Under the pieces are notes generated by a model. It was given only the letters and a program-made list of their open reading frames with translations. It was not told the origin of the DNA and made no database searches. From sequence record NC_048054.1: DNA of 64,000 nt; one strand, 5' to 3'. Position numbers and translations under genes: made by a program. Positions 52,994-62,088 of this stretch are shown piece by piece. The number at the start of each line of letters is the position of its first letter. Position 1 is the first letter of the stretch.

Positions 52994-54853
52994 TTAACTG
53001 GCGATAGGGTCTTTGTTGACAGGATAATCTTCGGCCATGTCGAGCACACGATTGAACAGCTTAGGCGCCATATCTTTCACATGTTCTGCATAGTCAAAAA
53101 GGTTCTGTTTACGCGCACGATTCACACGTACCTGACGAACTTCATCAGGGCTATTGGTGATATCATACAGCGTATAGATGACGATGTTGTCGGACTTGGA
53201 GTGTGTGCTGACTTTCAACACAACCCAATCACGATTCAACTTGGCATCAGCTCGGAACTTGAGAACGTCACCTTCTTCGGCTTCTTCGGCACGATGATCA
53301 GGAGTAGACTTATTAGCAGCGGCGATTTTCTTCGCTGTCTCTTTCGCTTCCTGCTCTGCGGCAGCAACGTCAGAGTCCGTATCTTCCTCAGCAGATGTTT
53401 CGTCTACTGCATCAGATGCGTCTGCATCATCGTCTGTCTGTGCATCGTCTTCTCCATCCTCACTTTCTCCGTCAGCTCCTTCGTCGTCAGAGGCGTCATC
53501 ATCCACGGATTCGGAATCATCGTCGGAGGTGTCGTCCTCAGACCCCGCATCATCAGCACCTGTATCGCTATCGTCAGTGTCTTCTTCTGCATCTGGATCT
53601 TCCTCTTCTTCACTGCCATCATCTTCGGAAGGTTCTTCTTCCTCTTCTTCGGCATGAGCAGGAGCGACCTTCTTGCCTTTAGCGCGAACCTTAGGCGGAG
53701 GTGTATCTTCCTCGTCATCTTCTGGTTCGTCGATATCAGACAGGTCAAGAGCAGGCTCTTCGTGGTCCTGCGAATCATCACCACCAAACAGCGAGCCGAT
53801 AGAATCTTCGATGTTGAACGCATCACCCGCGAACGGGCTACGCGACAGAATATCTTCCAGCTTCTGCTCGTCGATATCGAGGTCGGTTACTTCCTCAATA
53901 TCATCATCGAGAATTTCTTCTTCGATAACACGAATGCGCTTACCTCGACGGTCAATGCCGTCCTCATAGACAGTGCGCACTTCGGCTTTAGGTGCTTCAA
54001 TCTCACCAGACTTAACCTTAGCACGAAGGTCACGCATTTCAGCAGAGCGCTCTTGGGCTTTCTTACGCGCTTCTTTCTGGAGTTCTTTGCGTTGCTGCTT
54101 CTGCTCCAGAATCTTCGCGTTGTTTGCAAGACGTTGCGCTTCTTCCTGTTCCTCTTGAGAACGACGACGTGCCTTGCGAACGATACGACGATAAGCCTTG
54201 ACAGTATCAACATCGACAGTGCCTTTCGGCCAGTCATTGATAGGCAGGATGTTGGTGTCATGCACCAGCAGGTCGTACTGTGCATCGTCCACTTTCAGGT
54301 ACATACCATCAGTGTTAACAACGATACCGCCTTTACCCTGTCTGAGGAAGCGCACACCAATCATATCGTTTTTGTACAGCTTGGTCATACCCTTAGAGGT
54401 CTTCACAGGATATTCAGGGCTTGCAACCATACGCCACTGATAGTTATCAAAGTCGAGGCCGTTAACAGCTTCGGCTTTTACGCCACGAGGACTGAATCGC
54501 GCTGCATCGAACTGGCTACGCATCAACTGACGCTGCAACGTCTTAGCACCAGCAGTCTTAACGCGTTTACCCTCAGTGTTCAACACATCAGGGACCTTGC
54601 GCATTTTCGATGCACGTTCCATCAGGAAAAGACCAGTAGCCTTATCCAGTGGAAAATCGACGTGCGGCATATCAGGGAAAATCAGAGTGTAGCGTCCGCC
54701 ATTACGCAGCGGGAGAATACCGAAGATATCACCTTCACGAATCATGCGTTTATGAGTTCGTTGGGATACTTCTTTTCCGCGTGAACCAGTATACTTCATC
54801 CACGCGTACTTCGATACGGCATCTTGATAGGATGCAGATACGGAAAGTACCAT
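52994..54853 (-). CDS. Acidic putative head protein with shared N-terminal domain(s), coiled coil and D/E tract (~619 aa)
   Basis: Likely start MVLSVSAS (54853); domain YAWMKYTG..EGDIFG; long acidic linker. Confidence 0.75.
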   Translation of the reverse strand: MVLSVSASYQDAVSKYAWMKYTGSRGKEVSQRTHKRMIREGDIFGILPLRNGGRYTLIFPDMPHVDFPLDKATGLFLMERASKMRKVPDVLNTEGKRVKTAGAKTLQRQLMRSQFDAARFSPRGVKAEAVNGLDFDNYQWRMVASPEYPVKTSKGMTKLYKNDMIGVRFLRQGKGGIVVNTDGMYLKVDDAQYDLLVHDTNILPINDWPKGTVDVDTVKAYRRIVRKARRRSQEEQEEAQRLANNAKILEQKQQRKELQKEARKKAQERSAEMRDLRAKVKSGEIEAPKAEVRTVYEDGIDRRGKRIRVIEEEILDDDIEEVTDLDIDEQKLEDILSRSPFAGDAFNIEDSIGSLFGGDDSQDHEEPALDLSDIDEPEDDEEDTPPPKVRAKGKKVAPAHAEEEEEEPSEDDGSEEEEDPDAEEDTDDSDTGADDAGSEDDTSDDDSESVDDDASDDEGADGESEDGEDDAQTDDDADASDAVDETSAEEDTDSDVAAAEQEAKETAKKIAAANKSTPDHRAEEAEEGDVLKFRADAKLNRDWVVLKVSTHSKSDNIVIYTLYDITNSPDEVRQVRVNRARKQNLFDYAEHVKDMAPKLFNRVLDMAEDYPVNKDPIAS

Positions 54854-54886
54854 GTTATTGTCTCTATGTTGTACGAACACACGATG

Positions 54887-54894
54887 AAATTAGC
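54887..54894 (-). promoter_or_regulatory. GCTAATTT motif
   Basis: Directly after the terminator, 34 nt upstream of the 54853 start. Confidence 0.55.
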
Positions 54895-54904
54895 TTGCGC
54901 GAGG

Positions 54905-54926
54905 TAAAGCGGGGATTAACCCCCGC
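54905..54926 (-). terminator. Hairpin GCGGGG-GTTAAT-CCCCGC-TTTA overlapping the stop codon
   Basis: Perfect 6-bp GC stem and short U tail. Confidence 0.55.
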
Positions 54927-57900
54927 TCAAATATCCTCTAGCGGCACAGGACATAGAACCGCAAGATTCTTCGCACACAGTAATCTGCGCCCAAGTCCAA
55001 TAGCCATTAGGCTGCTGGATAGCATACACCACAGAAGGATCGAAGCCCCAGACCTGAGTAGCGTTCTGCAACGCATCAAGTTCCGTAGCGAAATAGCCCT
55101 CTTCAAGAGGCTTATCAATCGAACCGTGGTTTGGCTCAACCGTCCATGCTTCGACAACAGGAGCTGCAACGCCATAAGCTGTGCTGGTGGCTTTGCGTGA
55201 CTTCTGAATCTCTACACGAATAGGTTTAGGGGTAACAGGATTACCAGCCTGACGAGCAACAGAAATGACAGTGCTTGTGTTGACCTGACGAGCGCCCAAC
55301 TCTTCCGTCTTACCTGACTGGCTGGTCTTAATGAACTGACCTTCAATCAAGTGACGATAAGAAACTGGATTCGCTGTAACCTCAGGACCAAACGCAGGCA
55401 GTCTATCTGCGGCCTGTTTGTGCTGATACCATTCGCTCTCTGCACTGCCCACGTGATAAATCACAGAAGGTTTCGAGTGCTCTGCCTCTGCTGGTGCCAT
55501 GTGATAGATAGGCGCAATAGGCAGACGACGAACGTAAGGAATCTCAGGTAAGAACAGAATCGCTGGGTGATAGATAGGGTCAACATAGCGTGGAGACATA
55601 GCATCCACTTTATAGGTGACCAAAGCTGGAGCCCATTGAGGCTGTGCCCACCCCACATGATACGTTGTGCCAGGAGGAACGTAACGTGCTTCTGTCATTT
55701 CCTGAGCAAACACACCGCCAGTTGCTGCCTGACGTGGTGCCAACGCTTCTGCTTTATTGATGCCAAGATCTTGCACGTAACGCGCACGACTAGCATCAGC
55801 AGGGTAGACGCCTTTCACCTGTGCAAACTTCGGCAGAATCTGATCAGACTTAGCCTTGATGCCTGTACGATACTCAGGGCTACGCAAATCGAAATACTGA
55901 GGTTCGTTATCCAGATGTTCGATGAAGTTATTGATGAACGTATCACTAACAACATACAGTGCTTCGGTGAAGTCAGGCCAGAACGTATCTGACACAACAT
56001 CGGCGCCAACCGTAGCTTCGAACAGGGGGAACTCGGCAGCAGTATCAACTTGGCCTTGAGTAAGCTCAAACAGTGGGAACGTGTCCGCTGTTACGCTCTC
56101 TGTCTTATCGGCAAATGCAGGCAGAGGCATCGCTTCGATAACGTCTTTCTGTCCTTGCGTAAGCTCGAACAAATCGAATTTATCGATCACGATATCAGAC
56201 TGAGCGATCAGGTCGAACATGCGGAAGTTATCCACGAAGTCCTTATGACCCGTATCGAACTGAGGACCTGCGATAATCTGCTTGTCTACAGTAGGACCTG
56301 CCTCAACAGTACGTCCAGTCGAATCTCCAATGTGTGTCTGAGCATCAGAGAAGTCCAGCCACTTGAGTTGTTCATCAAGCTCTGGGTCATACACAGGCGT
56401 AACGAGAACAACAGAACTGCCGGCAGCGCTATAGGTTTTCGCATCGACTGAGGTGACGGCTTCACGCACCGCATCAGAGTGTGTTACGCCAAATGATTCG
56501 ACAGCAACATCGGCATAAGCAGTGTACGACGGATCAACCGTCATATCATACAGCCAGCCAAATGGTGCATCACCAAACATCAAAGTATGAGGCTGGTCAT
56601 GCGACGGCAGGCCATAGATCTTGAGCATCGTGTCTGCGCATTCAAACGGACCGATGACGAGACCCTGCTCTTTGTACACACCGCGCGAATCAAGCTCTTG
56701 TTCGACACGCACACCATCAACATCCAGCAGCATACCTGCAGGCACCGTGATGTACGTCCAGAAGTTGTCTGGGATGTTATCGACAAACAACGTACCACTA
56801 TCGCCCATAACATAACGCTCTGCGCGTTTAGTCGGAGCAGCAGTACCTAGCCACTGAGCATCTGCCCACACATACCACTCATAGCTGTACTGATCTGAGT
56901 GGAACTTGATCGTGTACTGCTTATTCTCTGTAGGCGTGAACTTAATGCTGGTGGTTCCACCAACAGGCAACGTGACTGTCTGGCCGCCTTGTGCGAACTG
57001 CGCATCCGTCGTGTCGATTGTCAGAGTGAGTGGGATTGTGCCTGTGTTCGTAAACACATCCGACTGTACCTGCTTACCGACAGGCATGTATGCCCAATGA
57101 CGACCGACGTCAATCTGCGCCTCAACAATCGTGTACAGGCCGAAGCGAGAAGTGCCTTGACCAACATCGACGTCAATGCGAGTCGTGTCGTTCTCATGCA
57201 GAATACTGAAACCGAGTGTTTGATTGTTGCGGATAAAGACAGGCATTGCTGTCTCGATACCATCGACAAAAATCTTAACGCGGCTATAGTCTTCTACACC
57301 ATCCACCAGCACACTAACAGGAACAGAAACGTTGATGCCACTGATCGTAACATCTTCGGTACGGTTCCATGTGTCGTTATCAATGCCCAGAATGTTCTGC
57401 CATGAGAAAGCATTAGGCGTATCATCAGCTTTCATCTCGAACTGATAAACAGATCGACCGATAGAGATCGGGAATGACGTGCTGGTGATATACGCATGAC
57501 TGAGTGTGATAGTGACCTCTTGGCCATCATACACTTTGGTCACAGGCACGGTTGTTGTGTGCTCTACGCCATCTTCGTCTACAGTCGTTTCTTCAATCGT
57601 GGCCGCAACAGTTACTCCCTCAGGAGCAGTGATAGGCAGTCCGATATCAGGGTCACCCGCATCGACAACAACCTTGAACGTTACAGACGGACCTAAGTCT
57701 ACAGCACTCAGATCAGGCATGTTCACGGTGTAGTCACGAATAGCGAGATGTTTCAGGCCAGTCGTTGGACGTGCGGTGTAATAGAACAGGCGGTCATACG
57801 TATCTTCCTGAGTATACGGAGGTGTCAGGAGTTCAATGTAAGGCCAGCCGCCACGCGTTTGCACAGGACTGTCTGAGGATGCGAAGTCGAACAGTGCATT

Positions 57901-59043
57901 ACTACCGTTCGTGTCCATACCAGCAACGAGCTTACCGCCTTTCGCAGACCACGCAGCAGTCGTGTTAAACACAACAAGGTCATTAGCGACAAGCGGACGC
58001 GCAGCAACGTTCTGGACGTTATCGCGCAAGTTGAACTGGTAGATGTTGGTACCGTCGTGCCCGAATACAAGTAACGAACTCGGAACGAACTGATACCAGA
58101 AGACGTTTGCAGGTGCGGCAGCAGTGTTACCACCCACCAGCTTACCGTCCAGTGTTGACAGCACATCATAACTATCCGAGCCGTTAACGTAGAAACGATC
58201 TGACTTAACTGACGTTTCGACGAACGAGTCATTCAGATAGTGCGCACGACCATCAAGGTCAAATGCAACGTAGCTATCAACTGTGTTTGTACCAACACCA
58301 GCACGACGACACACAACGCGGTTAACTTTATAGCCGAGTTGTTTAGGCTCACCGAACTGCGTCATCGCTTCATCAAGCACGTCAATCTGACCTGACGTGT
58401 GGAATACGACGGCGCTACGTTTACCTGTAGAGTCGTAGCTGACCTTGTAGCCTGCGATATCAACGTCGTACATGCCGCCGAAGATTTTCGTATTCGTCAC
58501 AGCACCATCTGTGTGGATGTAGTAGAGAGCGCGAGCCACACGGTCGTAGACGATTGATACAGGCTTGGTTAAATCGAAGAACGTGGATTCAAAGTCCGAG
58601 AACTTTGCCACTGCCGATTGCTGCATGTCCTGCACTGTAGGTATGCGTACACCGCCACCAAGCACAAGACCACCATAAGTAGGATTGACAGCAGCGCCTT
58701 TCGGCATTGCATCCATACCTTTGACGACAAGACGGTAGTCCAGCTCTTTCGTTTGTGGTGTAACGAAGATGCGAGACAGAGAGTGCGCAAGCACCCACAA
58801 GTCACCGTCTTTGTAATACAGCAGAACAGGTTGCGTGGCGGAAGCAGCTACGATAACGTTGGCCATAAGGCTAACTGCGTAGTCTGAACCAGAACTCGGC
58901 GAGATATCCTTTTCTGTAGTCGCATCGTCAAACGTACCGCCTACTACGCGAAACGTTAGCGCATCAGTGTGGCCTTGAACAGTGATACTGTCCGACCAAG
59001 ACTGTGCACCAGTAGCCGACACAACAGGAATCATTTCAGCCAT
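54916..59043 (-). CDS. Very large virion/fibre protein (1375 aa): beta-propeller-like N-part, Ig-like middle, repetitive C-part
   Basis: GAGGTG SD; PNAFSW..N..Y..SE-type Ig motifs; FELTQGQ and RYV repeats. Confidence 0.7.
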   Translation of the reverse strand: MAEMIPVVSATGAQSWSDSITVQGHTDALTFRVVGGTFDDATTEKDISPSSGSDYAVSLMANVIVAASATQPVLLYYKDGDLWVLAHSLSRIFVTPQTKELDYRLVVKGMDAMPKGAAVNPTYGGLVLGGGVRIPTVQDMQQSAVAKFSDFESTFFDLTKPVSIVYDRVARALYYIHTDGAVTNTKIFGGMYDVDIAGYKVSYDSTGKRSAVVFHTSGQIDVLDEAMTQFGEPKQLGYKVNRVVCRRAGVGTNTVDSYVAFDLDGRAHYLNDSFVETSVKSDRFYVNGSDSYDVLSTLDGKLVGGNTAAAPANVFWYQFVPSSLLVFGHDGTNIYQFNLRDNVQNVAARPLVANDLVVFNTTAAWSAKGGKLVAGMDTNGSNALFDFASSDSPVQTRGGWPYIELLTPPYTQEDTYDRLFYYTARPTTGLKHLAIRDYTVNMPDLSAVDLGPSVTFKVVVDAGDPDIGLPITAPEGVTVAATIEETTVDEDGVEHTTTVPVTKVYDGQEVTITLSHAYITSTSFPISIGRSVYQFEMKADDTPNAFSWQNILGIDNDTWNRTEDVTISGINVSVPVSVLVDGVEDYSRVKIFVDGIETAMPVFIRNNQTLGFSILHENDTTRIDVDVGQGTSRFGLYTIVEAQIDVGRHWAYMPVGKQVQSDVFTNTGTIPLTLTIDTTDAQFAQGGQTVTLPVGGTTSIKFTPTENKQYTIKFHSDQYSYEWYVWADAQWLGTAAPTKRAERYVMGDSGTLFVDNIPDNFWTYITVPAGMLLDVDGVRVEQELDSRGVYKEQGLVIGPFECADTMLKIYGLPSHDQPHTLMFGDAPFGWLYDMTVDPSYTAYADVAVESFGVTHSDAVREAVTSVDAKTYSAAGSSVVLVTPVYDPELDEQLKWLDFSDAQTHIGDSTGRTVEAGPTVDKQIIAGPQFDTGHKDFVDNFRMFDLIAQSDIVIDKFDLFELTQGQKDVIEAMPLPAFADKTESVTADTFPLFELTQGQVDTAAEFPLFEATVGADVVSDTFWPDFTEALYVVSDTFINNFIEHLDNEPQYFDLRSPEYRTGIKAKSDQILPKFAQVKGVYPADASRARYVQDLGINKAEALAPRQAATGGVFAQEMTEARYVPPGTTYHVGWAQPQWAPALVTYKVDAMSPRYVDPIYHPAILFLPEIPYVRRLPIAPIYHMAPAEAEHSKPSVIYHVGSAESEWYQHKQAADRLPAFGPEVTANPVSYRHLIEGQFIKTSQSGKTEELGARQVNTSTVISVARQAGNPVTPKPIRVEIQKSRKATSTAYGVAAPVVEAWTVEPNHGSIDKPLEEGYFATELDALQNATQVWGFDPSVVYAIQQPNGYWTWAQITVCEESCGSMSCAARGYLSGG

Positions 59044-59061
59044 TGTTCACCTCACGAAACA

Positions 59062-59091
59062 GAAACTAAAAAGGGCGCCCGAAGGCACCCT
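59062..59091 (-). terminator. Rho-independent terminator
   Basis: AGGGTGCC-TTCG-GGCGCCCT-TTTTAGTTT. Confidence 0.85.
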
Positions 59092-59098
59092 GTGAGGA

Positions 59099-60280
59099 TT
59101 AGGCTCCGGCGCCTTCTGGGGCTTTATAGCCTTGCAGCAGGAAGATACGCATCCCTGTGTTGTTCGGACTGTTAGCAGTCAGAGCTTTGTAGGTACGTTT
59201 CTTCGCAGTCTGGCCGTCGTCTTCTTTCTCGTTGTACACCTGAACATCAATCAGGGTACCGTTCGAGATAACGTCAGCAGACGCGTAACCAACCATATCC
59301 ATTTCGTACGGATAGCTGTAACGCTGCGTGTTGAAACCTGCAGGCAGACGGAAATCGAAGTGGTTATCTTCGGAGAACGGAACCATCTGGTATGGGTTAA
59401 TAACAGCAGAGCTATCCGCACTGTGAACATGCGCTGGCGCTGGAACAGTCGGGGCGTTCACATCAGCTTCACGCACGGTAAAGCGCATGATCTGATATGA
59501 GCCGGGGCTATTCGGAACAGGACGCACTTCGTCGTTGTTGTTCATGGAGCCGCCGCCGTTCACAGAGAACATGCAGAACAGTGGAGCTTTACCATCAACC
59601 ACAACAGTACCATCGGAGTTGATGGCACGTTGAATTACGAGCCATGCACCACGACAGCCATCAGAGTCACGTCCTTCAACCTGGATGTGAATAGCAACGC
59701 CGTGATCAGACAGTGCGATGTGATACGTGAACGGAGTTGCTTCAGGATCAGCGAACACGAGGCTATCAGAGCTAGTTTGGCCAGTAGGCTGACTAGCTGA
59801 CGGTGGGTACGCCATGGTGCCAGCGTAGTACGTAGTGTTACCCTGGTTCACGATGCCGCGATGCCAGAAGTATACTTCGTTGTCGCCAGACGACGGGTTG
59901 ACCTGAGAGGTAGTTGCACGGCCACCAATCTGACCAGCGTACTCATTGACGGTAGCAGAACCGACAGTGATAGCGCCGATCTTAGAGATGGTACCAGTGT
60001 CAGAGATCTGTTCAGGCGCAGCACAGAAAAGCTGAGTACGCTTCTCGGTACCTTTCATCGCCAGACGCCAGCGCTGTTGACCTTCACCAGTGCCAGAGAT
60101 TGGGTCGATGGTGCTTGTCGCCTCGATAACGAAAGACGCGAGGTCAGTCGAAGGGATAGTCGAAGCGATAGTGCCGTTCACGCTCACCAGCTTGAAGCCG
60201 TTATCAACCAGATCCTGCAGGATTGATTTCCACATTTTCAGGTTGCTGGTGAAGCCGGATTTCACGATCAGTTTGTTCAT
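59099..60280 (-). CDS. Abundant structural protein, paralog 1 (393 aa)
   Basis: High-expression codon bias; clear paralogy with 60299..61285; own terminator. Confidence 0.8.
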   Translation of the reverse strand: MNKLIVKSGFTSNLKMWKSILQDLVDNGFKLVSVNGTIASTIPSTDLASFVIEATSTIDPISGTGEGQQRWRLAMKGTEKRTQLFCAAPEQISDTGTISKIGAITVGSATVNEYAGQIGGRATTSQVNPSSGDNEVYFWHRGIVNQGNTTYYAGTMAYPPSASQPTGQTSSDSLVFADPEATPFTYHIALSDHGVAIHIQVEGRDSDGCRGAWLVIQRAINSDGTVVVDGKAPLFCMFSVNGGGSMNNNDEVRPVPNSPGSYQIMRFTVREADVNAPTVPAPAHVHSADSSAVINPYQMVPFSEDNHFDFRLPAGFNTQRYSYPYEMDMVGYASADVISNGTLIDVQVYNEKEDDGQTAKKRTYKALTANSPNNTGMRIFLLQGYKAPEGAGA

Positions 60281-60298
60281 GAGTTGTTATCCCCTTAA

Positions 60299-61285
60299 TT
60301 AAGCCGCGCTGCCTGTGCCGATAGGAAGCATCAGACGCATACCACGGTTGTCTTTACCGTTAGCGTTCATGCCCAGGTATTTTGTTTTGTTTGCTTGTTT
60401 CAGAGGGTTCAACTCTACTTCCGAACCAGCAGACAGAACGTCGGCAGAAGTGTAGCCCAGCATGTCCAGTGTAGCAAAGTACACGTAACGCTGAGTGTTG
60501 ATCATCTGCGGGAACAGAACGATAGCACGATTCCCTTCTGCGATCATAACCTGCTGGAGAGGGTTAATGATTGGCGCAGAGTCAGGAGTAGGCTGCACGG
60601 CAGACACAGGAAGAGTAGCAGAGAAAATGCCGTCTTCGATTACTGTGTAGCGCAGAGCCGCTTCTGGTTTGATTGTGTCAGGGTCGCCAGCCAGACCGCC
60701 ACCACAGGAGAAGATAGCGAACAGTGGGCTATGATCACCAGGGGTAGTATCGCCAGACTGTACGCCACGCTGAACAACGAACCAGCTAAACGCAGTGCCC
60801 TTGTTGTCGAAGCCTTCTGCATTGATATGCAGAGCGATGCCGTGGTCGGTAGTGATGAAGTCATACGTCAGCGGGTATGCGGACATATCGGCGGCTGCGT
60901 CCATCTTCCAGTCATTGACCAGATCGATGAAGAAGTTAGCAGCCAGACCGCCTTTAGACATACGACCTACTTCTTCGGTAGCAGAGCGTTTTGCCGCAGT
61001 GTAGTCGGTGCTGTTTACCTGATTGTCAGGTAGTACGTTCACGCTAAGAGTTTTAGCGGTATTGTCAGCAGAGAGGATGATACCCCACTTCTGGTTCTGG
61101 TAGAGTGGATCTACTGAGGCAGAAGCCAGCAGATAGAAAGTCTTGCCAGAAGGTGTTACGGTGGTTCCTGCTGTGCCGTCAACAGCAACAAGCGAGAAGC
61201 CAGCCGTAATCATTTTGCCTACCAGATCGCGGGTCAGTTCTTCCAGACCTACGAGCTTAGTGGCATTTACACGTTGAATAGCCAT
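60299..61285 (-). CDS. Abundant structural protein, paralog 2 (328 aa)
   Basis: Shares DHGxAxHI, WxVxQR, PLFxxFS, NTQRY, DMxGYxSADV, GMR motifs with its neighbour. Confidence 0.8.
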   Translation of the reverse strand: MAIQRVNATKLVGLEELTRDLVGKMITAGFSLVAVDGTAGTTVTPSGKTFYLLASASVDPLYQNQKWGIILSADNTAKTLSVNVLPDNQVNSTDYTAAKRSATEEVGRMSKGGLAANFFIDLVNDWKMDAAADMSAYPLTYDFITTDHGIALHINAEGFDNKGTAFSWFVVQRGVQSGDTTPGDHSPLFAIFSCGGGLAGDPDTIKPEAALRYTVIEDGIFSATLPVSAVQPTPDSAPIINPLQQVMIAEGNRAIVLFPQMINTQRYVYFATLDMLGYTSADVLSAGSEVELNPLKQANKTKYLGMNANGKDNRGMRLMLPIGTGSAA

Positions 61286-61292
61286 ATGGTGA

Positions 61293-62078
61293 TCACTCCA
61301 TTACCAGATAGGTTACAGTGAGTTTCGGTTTCGACGGCGATGTGCCGATATTCTTCATACGCCATGCGATTGAAGGCGTGTTATCCTTGTTGGATAAGAA
61401 GCTATATCGACGGAGCTTACGTATGAGTGGATTGCCTTCGCTGTCCACGTCAGTAAACACACCATCATCTTCGAGAAAATTAGCAGTGGAACGGAATATA
61501 TACGGGTTTCTGTCATCGCGCAGTGAACTTTGGTACGCAGTTAATTCCACGTCAAAGGCATTGAGCCTAACAGAAAGTAGCATAACCGTTTTGTTCATTG
61601 CCAGATCGAAGTCGAGATGTTGGCCAGGAGTAATGTAGTCGGCGGCTTCGTACTCTACGGTCTTACGCACACCAGCACTCTCATTACCACTCATATCAAC
61701 CCAGAACATCGTACCGTTTGCACCAGACATGAGGGTCATACCCGCATACTGAGGCTCAGGCACCTGTTTACTTGGGTCGAGGCCTACAACTGTCAGACCT
61801 GTTTCATCCACAGCAGTAACGAAAGGTGACTCGAACTTGTAGTTAGAGCCACCGAATTTCGCTTCTTCCCACGTCACGTTATCCGCACCAAGTTGATACA
61901 TCTTCTTGGTCTCAGTGACGTAACACAGCATCCCAGGCTTTTTATTACCTACGGACATAGTGTCACGATCATTGAGCGTTGGCAGACAGCGCATACCCCC
62001 TCGAAGATATTTATCCTCAAGGAGGTATGGGAGTGCTGCGGATGCTGGCAACAGGAACGAAGTCATGTTAACCGGCAT
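61293..62078 (-). CDS. Fibre-associated structural protein (261 aa)
   Basis: TLNDRDTM..KPGMLCYVTE..MYQL is a common tail-fibre module; AAGGAG SD. Confidence 0.7.
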   Translation of the reverse strand: MPVNMTSFLLPASAALPYLLEDKYLRGGMRCLPTLNDRDTMSVGNKKPGMLCYVTETKKMYQLGADNVTWEEAKFGGSNYKFESPFVTAVDETGLTVVGLDPSKQVPEPQYAGMTLMSGANGTMFWVDMSGNESAGVRKTVEYEAADYITPGQHLDFDLAMNKTVMLLSVRLNAFDVELTAYQSSLRDDRNPYIFRSTANFLEDDGVFTDVDSEGNPLIRKLRRYSFLSNKDNTPSIAWRMKNIGTSPSKPKLTVTYLVME

Positions 62079-62088
62079 CCTATTCTCC

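Noticed and set aside
52481-54784. 767-aa plus-strand ORF, plus other long plus-strand ORFs (e.g. 38425..39459, 28250..29050, 46898..47785, 16843..17706)
   Set aside because: These are antisense shadows of well-supported minus-strand genes. They have no SD, no recognisable motifs and atypical composition, and result from codon bias in the real genes.
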